From: a virus
Length of the DNA stretch: 64,000 nucleotides
Direction: 5' to 3' (one strand)
Virus record (IMG/VR): IMGVR_UViG_3300021093_003900
Coordinates: 51,057-115,056 of that record
Shown here: in pieces, positions 9,815-19,050 of the stretch
How positions within the stretch are numbered: the stretch's first letter is position 1
Layout of the letters: the number at the start of each line of letters is the position of its first letter
Program-made: the position numbers and the translations under genes
The notes under the pieces: model-generated
Database searches by the model: none
What the model was told of the DNA's origin: nothing
What the model saw: only the letters and a program-made list of their open reading frames with translations

Positions 9815-11458
9815 TTATATCTGTTGATTTACTACTCGATAGTATTTGTCCTCAATTAATTGACCAACAACATCACTATTAAATTTATTTAACTCTTCAC
9901 TAGATGGTGGTGTGGTCAAAGTTTTTTCTATAATATTTCCAGATGAATCAACTTTATAAATCCACGCTGGTTTTCCGCAAAACCAACTTTCGATTGTCGT
10001 GCGACCAAGTAATATACCTGCAGTTTCACTAACTCTCTTAATGTAATCTTCAGTTCTCCATGTTGAGTTAAAGTATTTGACATGGGAATTTTGTAGTAAA
10101 GTTTCTAGATAATTTGATTTATTATCACCGACAAGCCACAATTCTTTTCCATTTTCTTTTGTGTAAGAAACTAAATCCTTGATTGTGTTTTCTCTTAAGT
10201 AATCAATACTACCAACAAATAAGACCGCATTCTCGACTTGAGTATTTTTTTGAGAAAATCGTTCATTATCAACAGGGTTATAAATTACAGAAGTTCTTTC
10301 TCTAGGTATTTCATAAACGTCAATAATATGTTCTTGAATTTCTGGACGAATACAAATATATTCACGAATTGTTTCATTAATTACTGGTTTTTCCAAACGT
10401 ATTACTTCTGAATGAATAGTTGAAATTTTTGGAATATTCGGATAAAGTTGACAAATATAATTTGTTGTAGGTTCGTGCTGAACATGTATAATATCAAAAT
10501 TCACTTCAGATACTTTATACATTGTATTAGGTATAGATAAGACCATTCCTTCTTGTGTTCTTAAACTCCATTTACCATCACCCAATTTGAACCCAGGTGG
10601 TTCTTTTAATGAGTACACCTTGATTCCTAGTTTTTTTGCCATGTCTTCTAAAGGTCGCCCAATATCAGAAAGCACCGAGACATCATGACCTAATTTTACA
10701 AGTGTCTTTGCTAATTCGTAAACATAAACTTCAGAACCTGTAAATGTTTTAAAAAAGAGACAAGACAACAAAATTTTTAGTTTTTCTTCTTTTTTCTTCG
10801 GTAGAATTTTCGGAAGTTCATTTGAATATCTTTCAATAAATTTAACTCTATTTTCTTCCCACTTTTCGTTTGTCATACCGATAGACTTATGTGTGACACG
10901 TATATCAAACATAACTCCAATTTGTACTCCTTCCAAAAAGTTTTGAAATGAAAAGTTAACATCGTAAAAATGAAAACCTTTGACAGTTTCATCAAATCTA
11001 GTTTTAATTCTGGATTTACTTAAACAAATAAATAATCCATCAACCATAACAACGTCTTTTAGTTTATCGCCTAAACTAGAACTATATTTTGATTCCCATT
11101 TTTTACCATCACTTTCATGATTTACAATACCAAACATTTTACTCCTATCTTCCCACCACATTCCACTTTTTGGTACATACGTTGTTCCAGCCAAACCAAT
11201 TATTCCGTGTGGATTTTTTTCAAAGTGTCTTGTCAGTTTTTTTGCCCAATTTTTAGTATCAAAGTAAATGTCATCATGACATAAAACAACTATATCATTT
11301 GAGGCTTCATTCAAAATTTCATTATAAACTTCTGTTAATGAACGACCGTTTGAATTTACTTTTTCGATAATTTCGACTTTTGGTAAACCACTTGATTTAC
11401 GAAGTAACTCTTTGAATTCTTCTGAAGAATTTCTTGTACTATATCCTATCGTAATCAT
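9815..11458 (-). CDS. bifunctional glycosyltransferase (GT-A domain + GT4-like GT-B domain)
   Basis: N-half YNEIL..LCHDDI..GLAG..DGLF..FHFYD; C-half TGSEVYVYELA, DIIHVQH, IYNPVD, GRTTIES. Confidence 0.78.
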   Translation of the reverse strand: MITIGYSTRNSSEEFKELLRKSSGLPKVEIIEKVNSNGRSLTEVYNEILNEASNDIVVLCHDDIYFDTKNWAKKLTRHFEKNPHGIIGLAGTTYVPKSGMWWEDRSKMFGIVNHESDGKKWESKYSSSLGDKLKDVVMVDGLFICLSKSRIKTRFDETVKGFHFYDVNFSFQNFLEGVQIGVMFDIRVTHKSIGMTNEKWEENRVKFIERYSNELPKILPKKKEEKLKILLSCLFFKTFTGSEVYVYELAKTLVKLGHDVSVLSDIGRPLEDMAKKLGIKVYSLKEPPGFKLGDGKWSLRTQEGMVLSIPNTMYKVSEVNFDIIHVQHEPTTNYICQLYPNIPKISTIHSEVIRLEKPVINETIREYICIRPEIQEHIIDVYEIPRERTSVIYNPVDNERFSQKNTQVENAVLFVGSIDYLRENTIKDLVSYTKENGKELWLVGDNKSNYLETLLQNSHVKYFNSTWRTEDYIKRVSETAGILLGRTTIESWFCGKPAWIYKVDSSGNIIEKTLTTPPSSEELNKFNSDVVGQLIEDKYYRVVNQQI

Positions 11459-11460
11459 AA

Positions 11461-12144
11461 TTAAATTCCTGTTGAACCAAACCCATTTTCACCTCGTTCC
11501 TTATCTTGTAAATTTTCTTGAAGTTGTAAATTAACTACAGATCCTACATAGACAGGATATAGTCCACATTGAGCGATTTTTTGTTGTTTTTTTATAACAA
11601 TTGGGTCTGGTGTTGAGTTGTAAACAATCACTTTTATTTCACCATTATAACCCGAGTCAATTGTTCCCGGACTGTTTAAAACGATCAATCCTTGATTGAT
11701 AGCAAGACCACTTTTAGTTCTGACTTGTAATTCATTATGTGAAGGAATATCAAACTTCAACCCTGTCGGAATTAAAGCTCTCTGAAACCCATCTAATTTG
11801 TACTCAATTACCGAATGCAAATCGAAACAGGAGTCTGTTCCATAATTATATTTGGGATCTACAGCATCAGGATGAATCTTGACGTAATTTAGTTTCATTC
11901 TTTGATCCATATTTGATTGATCAGATAATTCAGTCATAAAGTTTGAATTTTCTTCTGAAGAAAGAATTGCTATAAGGTTTTCTAGATCGAACCCGAGTTT
12001 TTGTGATAAATTTGACAACTCGTTTTCATCATCTTCTTTTGTAAATTCTTGAGATAGATTTTTTAATTCTTCTTGAAGTTCAGACAATGTTTGATTTATC
12101 TCATAATCAGGATCGTCAAGTTTGTTTGTATTACTATTGTCCAT
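11461..12144 (-). CDS. dut: trimeric dUTPase with ~80-aa acidic N-terminal extension
   Basis: FDL, KSGLA, NSPGTIDSGYNGEIKV, IAQ, RGENGFGSTG. Confidence 0.9.
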   Translation of the reverse strand: MDNSNTNKLDDPDYEINQTLSELQEELKNLSQEFTKEDDENELSNLSQKLGFDLENLIAILSSEENSNFMTELSDQSNMDQRMKLNYVKIHPDAVDPKYNYGTDSCFDLHSVIEYKLDGFQRALIPTGLKFDIPSHNELQVRTKSGLAINQGLIVLNSPGTIDSGYNGEIKVIVYNSTPDPIVIKKQQKIAQCGLYPVYVGSVVNLQLQENLQDKERGENGFGSTGI

Positions 12145-12845
12145 TATTTTAATTCTTTTAGTTTTTTTATTAAGTCAACTAATACTAAAACGTCCCTCTC
12201 ACAATACTCAACAATCAAATTAAGTTGATTGTGTTCCCAGTATGCTTCGTGAACTCTATTACCCGTAATTTCACCTTCTTTAGATGATGGTACACCCATA
12301 GCTGAGCACATTAACTCCAAGGACGATAAACCAAAAGGATTACCAAATTTCCAGACATCCATAGTATCTATTGCTCTAATTTCCCAAGGTTTTGTTTCAT
12401 AACTTGGTAGTAATGTTGAAGGTTTAATTCCGTTTATTACCATCCTTTTAAGTAAGTGAGGAATATCAAAATTTTTGACATTGTGACCACACAACCAAAA
12501 ATCCGATTTTTGAACTTTATTGAATAAATGATTAATTTCAAATAGAGTTTGTTTTTCATCATGTCCTGAGATGGTTTGTTTGTGAACTTTTCCATCAGGT
12601 GTTACAAAAGCAAAACTAGCACAGACTATTTTTGAAAACTCGGGAACAAGTGCTGCTCGGTTTATAAACACTTGTTCTTTTGGTAATTCTTTATCTTCAG
12701 GAAATCTTTTCAAAAACCAGTCAAAATAGTTGTGAAATTGCTTAAACAACATTTCATTGTTCTTTTCAAGCTCTTCATAGTTTTTGAATAAACCTACAGT
12801 TTCAATGTCAAAAAAAAGGATTTTATTTATTGGTTGTGTAATCAT
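12144..12845 (-). CDS. stand-alone 3'-5' exonuclease (PolB-exo-like DnaQ family)
   Basis: FFDIETV, GHNVKNFD, KPWE, YCERDV (ExoI/II/III). Confidence 0.85.
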   Translation of the reverse strand: MITQPINKILFFDIETVGLFKNYEELEKNNEMLFKQFHNYFDWFLKRFPEDKELPKEQVFINRAALVPEFSKIVCASFAFVTPDGKVHKQTISGHDEKQTLFEINHLFNKVQKSDFWLCGHNVKNFDIPHLLKRMVINGIKPSTLLPSYETKPWEIRAIDTMDVWKFGNPFGLSSLELMCSAMGVPSSKEGEITGNRVHEAYWEHNQLNLIVEYCERDVLVLVDLIKKLKELK

Positions 12846-14097
12846 AATATGGATCTGTAAAATTCTGCTCTATCTTTTGTAACTTTTTCTAAACTATATT
12901 TTTCGTGGACAGTTTCATATAATCGTTCACCCAAGTCTTTGGCGAAGTTTGGATTTTGAATAAGTTTTTTAACATACTTAAACCAATCACCGTGATTTCT
13001 GTTTTCATCTACTAATAATGCGTTTCCGTTGGTAAATATACCATTATCTAAGGCATGAGTCAAATCGATAGTATAAGGTCCGAGATTAGATGCAATCAAA
13101 GCTTTCTTGTAAAAACCAGCCTCAATTACTTTCAATTGAGATTTCATTCTATTGAAAATGTGATTCTTGATAGGTGCCAAAGATACATCAAATTTTGTAT
13201 AATTTTTTGCGTATTGTTGAATCGGTCTTGTCCAAATTCTCTTATAGAATTCGTGAGAAAATTGACTATCATCCTCCTCTTTAAATCTCATTAATAAATT
13301 ATGATATTCAGGTGATATTAATTTATAATTGTCTGTGAATACTTGTTCATATTTGTACCACACAGTTTCATGTGGTTTAATATCTCGTTTTTTCTGTTCT
13401 CCAGTTTGTTGATTAATTTCAGTCACAGTACCTCGTATATCAAACCCACAAAGATAAACTTCAGTTGTGCCTTTGTACTCGTGCATACGAGAAAAAATTG
13501 ATTCAAGTATAGTAATGTCGTGTAAGTGAGATGAACCACCTAACCATCCAAATCTTAACTTATCTGAAGGTTCTGTAACCGCATTAAATTGAGCCTCAGT
13601 TTTACTAATTGCATTAGGAAATACAACAGCGTTTTTATTATACTTTGTTATTTCCTGAGCAAAAATACTCGTTGTTGTCATCACATAATCACTAACTTTT
13701 AGATTTTCTATTATCTTTTCGTGAATTTTATTTGACACAACTAAGTCGTGAATAGGATGATCTTTTGTCGGTAACCAGTAGTCATCCAAGTCCATAACTG
13801 TCTTTACACCTAATTGACCAACCATTTTAATCAAATTGGCTGAGGTATCATAGTTTTGACCAATAGTTCTGTGGAAATGAACTATATCATATTTTCGCCA
13901 AAAATTGATATCGTTTATTTGGGGTTCATATTCAATATCAATATGAAAGTCATTAGGATACATATTTTGTAAAAAAATATGTGGATCGATTGATCTGAAT
14001 TTACCTTTAGTTAACCAACCCCCGTACGGTCAGATGGGACTACAAGAATCCTGATCTTTTCGCGACCATTTGGGGGTGGAATTGAATTTTGTTGCAT
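12842..14097 (-). CDS. GT-B (GT4-like) glycosyltransferase interrupted by an 11-nt insertion after codon 28 (recoded or disrupted)
   Basis: ORF 12842..13963 (DLDDYW, GWLGGSSH, KSQLKVIEAG) is open upstream to GKFRSIDPH at 14005; MQQ...KIRILVVPSDRTGVG* at 14097..14011 in another frame supplies the missing N-terminal strand. Confidence 0.75.
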
Positions 14098-14152
14098 AGT
14101 TAGAAATTATATTCTAAGAGTTTATTGTACTCGTAAAACGAATAACTCTAGA

Positions 14153-14181
14153 ATTATAATCTAAAATACAATGATTTTCAA
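14153..14181 (-). promoter_or_regulatory. sigma70-like promoter TTGAAA-N17-TATAAT
   Basis: Near-consensus hexamers with 17-nt spacer at the head of the left glycosylation operon. Confidence 0.5.
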
Positions 14182-14197
14182 GGTAGAAATATAAATA

Positions 14198-14758
14198 TTA
14201 CTTAATTTTTTTGATTTTTGTCACAACACCTTCAAATACGTGACTTCCAACTCTGAAGGTTAGTGGTTGTTTTGTTGAAGAACTTTCTTCGTACAATAAT
14301 CCTTTTTCTGATAACACTTCTTCTATTGTTTCTTTCAACATAGATTTTAAAGTATTGTAATCAAAATTAGATTGAACCTTTTTGGGTTCTGCTTTTACAT
14401 TTCCAGCTGGATCTGTTTTCATTAATCTAGTTGCCGCTTCGACTAATTCATTTGATAAAACAGATTGACTTTGTGATTGAGGTTGTTCTATCGGATGTTC
14501 CAACATCAATCTTTTTATTTCATCTGGTAGTTTAGAATTTTGAATTCTCTGTGTCATTGGAACATTCGAGTTTTGTTGTGGAGCCTGTCTTTGTTCTTGT
14601 AAAAATTCTTGTGGAATGTTATAGTTTGCATTTACAGGTTCAAACGATTGAACACTAGGCGATGAAATACTCATAGGTGAATTACCTCTTGGCATTTCAG
14701 TTTGTTTATCCATAATTTTTTTAGCTACTGCTAATTTTTGTAATAAATCTTGATTCAT
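14198..14758 (-). CDS. hypothetical protein (Gln-rich, possibly virion-internal)
   Basis: 186-aa ORF in tight operon. Confidence 0.7.
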   Translation of the reverse strand: MNQDLLQKLAVAKKIMDKQTEMPRGNSPMSISSPSVQSFEPVNANYNIPQEFLQEQRQAPQQNSNVPMTQRIQNSKLPDEIKRLMLEHPIEQPQSQSQSVLSNELVEAATRLMKTDPAGNVKAEPKKVQSNFDYNTLKSMLKETIEEVLSEKGLLYEESSSTKQPLTFRVGSHVFEGVVTKIKKIK

Positions 14759-14760
14759 AG

Positions 14761-15156
14761 TTATACAGTTTGAGTATTGAACTTTGCATTAATTATAACA
14801 CTATTCATGCTTTTGTCACCATTAAAATTATAATTTGGTCGAGGTTCATTAAAATTTGAACGCAAAGGTTTATACATAGTGATTTTATCAACTCTAAATA
14901 GTCTCCATCCCGGAAGGGGTTGAGTTCCCAAATAACCAGTATGCGACGCTCCAGTTCTGTCCCAAGCTCTTAATACCAAATTATTTGACTTAGAGCGACC
15001 TAAACAGACAGGTTCAATTTCTCTTAATCCACGACCACCTGGTTCATCTCCAGTGTAATAAATTGTACATACTTGTTTCTTCTCTATCGAATTTTTTATG
15101 TCATTGATAGACGTAGCCTCTATTATAAGACCAGATAGAGATTTAAGTAGTTTCAT
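14761..15156 (-). CDS. stand-alone WYL-domain protein
   Basis: IYY...REIEPVCL...LRAW...WRLFRVDKI pattern. Confidence 0.75.
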   Translation of the reverse strand: MKLLKSLSGLIIEATSINDIKNSIEKKQVCTIYYTGDEPGGRGLREIEPVCLGRSKSNNLVLRAWDRTGASHTGYLGTQPLPGWRLFRVDKITMYKPLRSNFNEPRPNYNFNGDKSMNSVIINAKFNTQTV

Positions 15157-15157
15157 T

Positions 15158-15448
15158 TTATTGTTCCACTTTATATGGTTTGTTTGGTTGATACAAATTA
15201 AATTTAACGTTCAATTTTCTCTCAAGAATATCAACAGATGTACCTGCAGCTTCGTTGTGTACATCCAAGAAAGACCCTGTACCTCTTCCTATTTCATCAC
15301 CATCTCCAACGGCTGCGGGATTTGTTGATGAATATTCATTTCCTTGTTGTTTGAAGTCATTTTTGACTAAATTCTTTTTTCTTTCGATATCAGCAATTGC
15401 GCTTAATCTGTTTTCTGGTTGAGAAAAATCTAGTGGTTCTAGTGTCAT
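15158..15448 (-). CDS. hypothetical protein
   Basis: 96-aa ORF, coupled spacing. Confidence 0.7.
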   Translation of the reverse strand: MTLEPLDFSQPENRLSAIADIERKKNLVKNDFKQQGNEYSSTNPAAVGDGDEIGRGTGSFLDVHNEAAGTSVDILERKLNVKFNLYQPNKPYKVEQ

Positions 15449-15453
15449 AATTT

Positions 15454-15921
15454 TTAAATTTTACTGAAAATTTCGTTTATTCTTCTAAGGTTTTCCATAA
15501 CCTTAAGATCGTATTGTTGTATATTTGTTTTTTTGGGAGTAGTATTAGCGATGTTAAGATTAATATCAGCTGTCGGTGTTTGAATGTACTCGTTATCCAT
15601 TCCAGTAGTCCGTCTTATTTTTTCAGACCCTTGAACACCCTGTCTTGATGTTGAAAGACATGTGTTAACAAAATCTTTCATTTTATTTTCACCGTTCAAA
15701 ATAAAAGGCGCATCCACATTTCTTCCTTGGAAGTTATCAAAAAAGTTTTTTATTCTTTTTAATTCAGGATATGATAGTTGTTGCGCGTTTTGTAAACGGA
15801 CATTACGATTATAACCCTCAGTATTTTGATTGGCGCCTTTTACTTTTGTAAAACAAATTTTCATATGATTTCTCATATCTTCTGGAAAGTTCCAAGTTTT
15901 ATGATACAATTGACTATTCAT
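15454..15921 (-). CDS. hypothetical protein
   Basis: 155-aa ORF, start overlaps upstream stop. Confidence 0.7.
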   Translation of the reverse strand: MNSQLYHKTWNFPEDMRNHMKICFTKVKGANQNTEGYNRNVRLQNAQQLSYPELKRIKNFFDNFQGRNVDAPFILNGENKMKDFVNTCLSTSRQGVQGSEKIRRTTGMDNEYIQTPTADINLNIANTTPKKTNIQQYDLKVMENLRRINEIFSKI

Positions 15922-16726
15922 TTTCAGAGTTTTTTATCATTTTAATAATATCTACCATTTCCAAATTTTCTTTCTTGGCCATTTTGACCAAAGATTTAAT
16001 ATTTTTTTTCAAAACCTCAGATACTTCGATTTCCTTATTTTTGATATCACCATCCGAATGTCTTTTGGCTAAAATATCTTCGACAACATCTTTCATTTTA
16101 TTTTTTCTTTCTTTCACGATCATTCGAATATCTGTACCAGGAAGTTTCTTTTTGTTTACTTTAGGAACTTTACCAAACTCTTCAGCCCTATCTTCAGCAT
16201 TTTCAACACCCATATCCTCAAGAGTGTCTATTGTTTCTTCTGGCGATAAGTCCATAGTCTCTTCCCATCCAAAAGCTTTGGATAAATCCTCTTCTCTTTG
16301 AACACTTTCACCCCAATACACTCTGTATCCCCTCGTCAAAGGGTTTCCTGGTTGTGCAACTGAGAATACGGTTTGATCCATAGTTTTACGTGGTGACATT
16401 TTGGGGTCGTGTATTGGTATTTTAGAATTACTCAAACTACCATCAAAATCAACCAATTCATCTATTTCACCATTCTTATCTGTTTTAATTTTTGACAAGA
16501 TTTTTTGAATTTCTTTCTTCGAAAATCTTTTTTTAGATTTTTGAAATTTTTCGAATATTAAATTAAGTAATTTTTCTGATGACTTGGGTATTGACATAAT
16601 GTCTTCATTAAGTCTAGACTCAGACAAATTTCTCCCGACCGAATAATAAACATCAATATCGTTGATGTTTTTCTTCAGAAAGAAGTACATATTGTTAAAA
16701 AAATATTCTTCCCCGTATTGAATCAT
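15914..16726 (-). CDS. hypothetical highly charged protein (possible head-internal protein)
   Basis: 270-aa ORF preceded by TATTTAT motif. Confidence 0.7.
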   Translation of the reverse strand: MIQYGEEYFFNNMYFFLKKNINDIDVYYSVGRNLSESRLNEDIMSIPKSSEKLLNLIFEKFQKSKKRFSKKEIQKILSKIKTDKNGEIDELVDFDGSLSNSKIPIHDPKMSPRKTMDQTVFSVAQPGNPLTRGYRVYWGESVQREEDLSKAFGWEETMDLSPEETIDTLEDMGVENAEDRAEEFGKVPKVNKKKLPGTDIRMIVKERKNKMKDVVEDILAKRHSDGDIKNKEIEVSEVLKKNIKSLVKMAKKENLEMVDIIKMIKNSENE

Positions 16727-16739
16727 AATTTTTTTTAAT

Positions 16740-16764
16740 ATAAATACTTTCTAAATGTATTTAT
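16740..16764. promoter_or_regulatory. divergent pair of TATTTAT putative late promoters
   Basis: ATAAATA at 16740-16746 (minus) and TATTTAT at 16758-16764 (plus), each facing a gene start. Confidence 0.6.
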
Positions 16765-16768
16765 TACT

Positions 16769-18937
16769 ATGGCTTATCAAAACATTAATCAGTATGTCAA
16801 ATCAAAATTGTATTTACAACCTGTTTTACAAATTTCTGACATTTCATTGGCCGCTGATGAGAGAGAATACAATGAAGAAGTTGTGTTCTCACCACTTATT
16901 ATTGGTGCAAATGATGGTGATGTTTTACCTGTAAAAATTGATTTAAATTTTTCTGGATCCTCTCAAAAAATCAATTTGACTTTTGGTGATTACAAAAGAG
17001 AAAACGTAATCATTTCTGAAAATTATTATAATCCATACGATTATATTTTAGATTGTTTTTCTGGAAAAAGTATTTGTGATATTGGTTTGACTGGTACGGA
17101 TAATGGTTTGGTTACGGGAATGACGGGACAGAGTATTTCTTACACCGAGGGACTATTGCCAAATAATACAAAATTTGATCGATTGAAATTTGACCGTAGA
17201 TTGAAATTATTTCAAGTTACAGGATATACGAGCCATCCAAATCATAGATTTTCAGGAATAACGGCTGAGACCTCGTATGAAATGGTTTCTTATACCGCAA
17301 ACACCATAGGAACTTACAACGAATTATACGGTGGTTTTTACCAAGGGTTTTATGAACTATTTGGATATGAATACAAAATACTACCTGAAAGATATACCAA
17401 AGGTTGGACTGTAGAGATGACATTAAAGCCTAGGATCTACAATCAATATACAACCCCGTCTGGTAAAACAACATTAAATTCATATTACCCAAATAATTCT
17501 GGAATATTTTTTTATATGGGAACTCGTGCTGAAAACAAATACTGGCATTTTGCACAAGGTAAAAACCCAACAGATCCAAATTACGATAGAGTAACTAGAA
17601 GGCTTTTAGATTTAAGTACTTGTGATTGCAAAACACTTAATCCTGGTTATTCTACAAATTCAACAACTCATTTTGATTTAAGTGTTTCAGGTGCAACAAT
17701 ACAAGTAGGTCAAGATTTATTATGGGCATCAGGTGACATTTGTGTTGTTTATCATAACGAAATTGCATTCCTGACTGGGAATGTTATTGGGTATACAGCA
17801 TCGACTAATTCATTACAATTTGTTACAACTTATCGTGTGGGTAAAGGAGATTTCAAATACTGGGTTGTGGATAAATTAAATTTCTTGGAATACAATAATT
17901 CCGATTGTTATTTTGTTTATCCCCCAACAGGCGTTACTGATTATCACTACACGGAAAGTCCTTGTTGTCCAGATGAACCCCAAGTACCTGTCCCTGAGCA
18001 AGACGCGGCTTACAATGGAATGTCTAATGCTTTAGCTATACGATTTAGTGGTGATCCAACTAACCCAAAAATTTGTATACGTACATTAACAATGACAGGT
18101 GATTGCATCACAAGTGGAAGTTGTGAAACTACTGGATATGAATCGCAAACAGGTTACTCAATAAATAACTATTGTACAACTAGGAGAATATACGATGATT
18201 GTAGTGGGACAACTTATTCTTTAGGTGAAAATTGGGTTCTAGTCGATGTTAGCTTTGAAAGGAACACCGCACTTGATGAGTGTGATTTGGTTTATCTTGG
18301 TGGATTAGGTGTAATATCGAATATGGTATTCACAGCATCTACGGATAGTAATTCAGTATCACTTATCTCTCCACCAATAACTCATTACCAACTAAACCCA
18401 GAAACAGAAGAACTTGTACAACTGAACAATGATTGGCTTCTTGAAAAGGGGTTTCGGAAAGGTAAATTAAGAATTTTTGTTAATGGTAAGTTATTCGAAA
18501 CTTTCGATAATGTTGAAGAAATAATACCTAGGGGTTTGTATGGACACAAAGAAACTCAAGTGGGTGTACCATTCAATATTTCTTGGGGTGGTGGTACCCA
18601 AGGATTGCATGAAAACCTAGTATTCAGTGCTATACCAACAACCGATTTAAACTATTACATACAAGACCCAGAATTGTTTCCACCAAATATTTTGAGTGGA
18701 ACAAGTCTTAGTGCTTTAACAACAAATATTCTTATTGAACAAAACTTTGCTGGCACTTTTGATGGGGGTATATCATCATTTTCTATGTATGCAAAACCTC
18801 TGACTATTCCTGAGGTTCAACATAATGCAAGAATACTTAAACCAAAATATAATTTTTTGAATCCTTTTTGCCTGAATTGTATTGATTCAACGCCAACACC
18901 TACCCCTTCAATAACCCCAACACCAACACCAACTTGA
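16769..18937 (+). CDS. LamG/concanavalin-like virion protein with C-terminal Pro-Thr repeat
   Basis: WTVEM, GKLRIFVNGKL, FDGGISSFSMYAKPLT..EVQHN; ends STPTPTPSITPTPTPT; Cys-rich. Confidence 0.65.
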   Translation: MAYQNINQYVKSKLYLQPVLQISDISLAADEREYNEEVVFSPLIIGANDGDVLPVKIDLNFSGSSQKINLTFGDYKRENVIISENYYNPYDYILDCFSGKSICDIGLTGTDNGLVTGMTGQSISYTEGLLPNNTKFDRLKFDRRLKLFQVTGYTSHPNHRFSGITAETSYEMVSYTANTIGTYNELYGGFYQGFYELFGYEYKILPERYTKGWTVEMTLKPRIYNQYTTPSGKTTLNSYYPNNSGIFFYMGTRAENKYWHFAQGKNPTDPNYDRVTRRLLDLSTCDCKTLNPGYSTNSTTHFDLSVSGATIQVGQDLLWASGDICVVYHNEIAFLTGNVIGYTASTNSLQFVTTYRVGKGDFKYWVVDKLNFLEYNNSDCYFVYPPTGVTDYHYTESPCCPDEPQVPVPEQDAAYNGMSNALAIRFSGDPTNPKICIRTLTMTGDCITSGSCETTGYESQTGYSINNYCTTRRIYDDCSGTTYSLGENWVLVDVSFERNTALDECDLVYLGGLGVISNMVFTASTDSNSVSLISPPITHYQLNPETEELVQLNNDWLLEKGFRKGKLRIFVNGKLFETFDNVEEIIPRGLYGHKETQVGVPFNISWGGGTQGLHENLVFSAIPTTDLNYYIQDPELFPPNILSGTSLSALTTNILIEQNFAGTFDGGISSFSMYAKPLTIPEVQHNARILKPKYNFLNPFCLNCIDSTPTPTPSITPTPTPT

Positions 18938-19050
18938 GCGTCAAATGATTCTTGACAAGTCGGTAATTAGTAATAGAACTTTTTGAAAAAAAACAAAGTG
19001 TTATTTATTTTAAAATTTAGAAAGTTATTTTTCAAATAAAATTAATTTAT

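Noticed and set aside
14005-14015. The insertion can be drawn as GT...AG (GTTAACTAAAG), like a spliceosomal micro-intron; GGT|TAA also recalls the T4 td group I 5' splice site
   Set aside because: A bacterial host has no spliceosome, 11 nt cannot form a ribozyme, and no frame-restoring excision gives both an exon-terminal U and an intron-terminal G. The GT/AG follows from the GGT duplication.
18935-18955. Possible TGA readthrough extending the Pro-Thr tail
   Set aside because: Another in-frame TGA follows after five codons.
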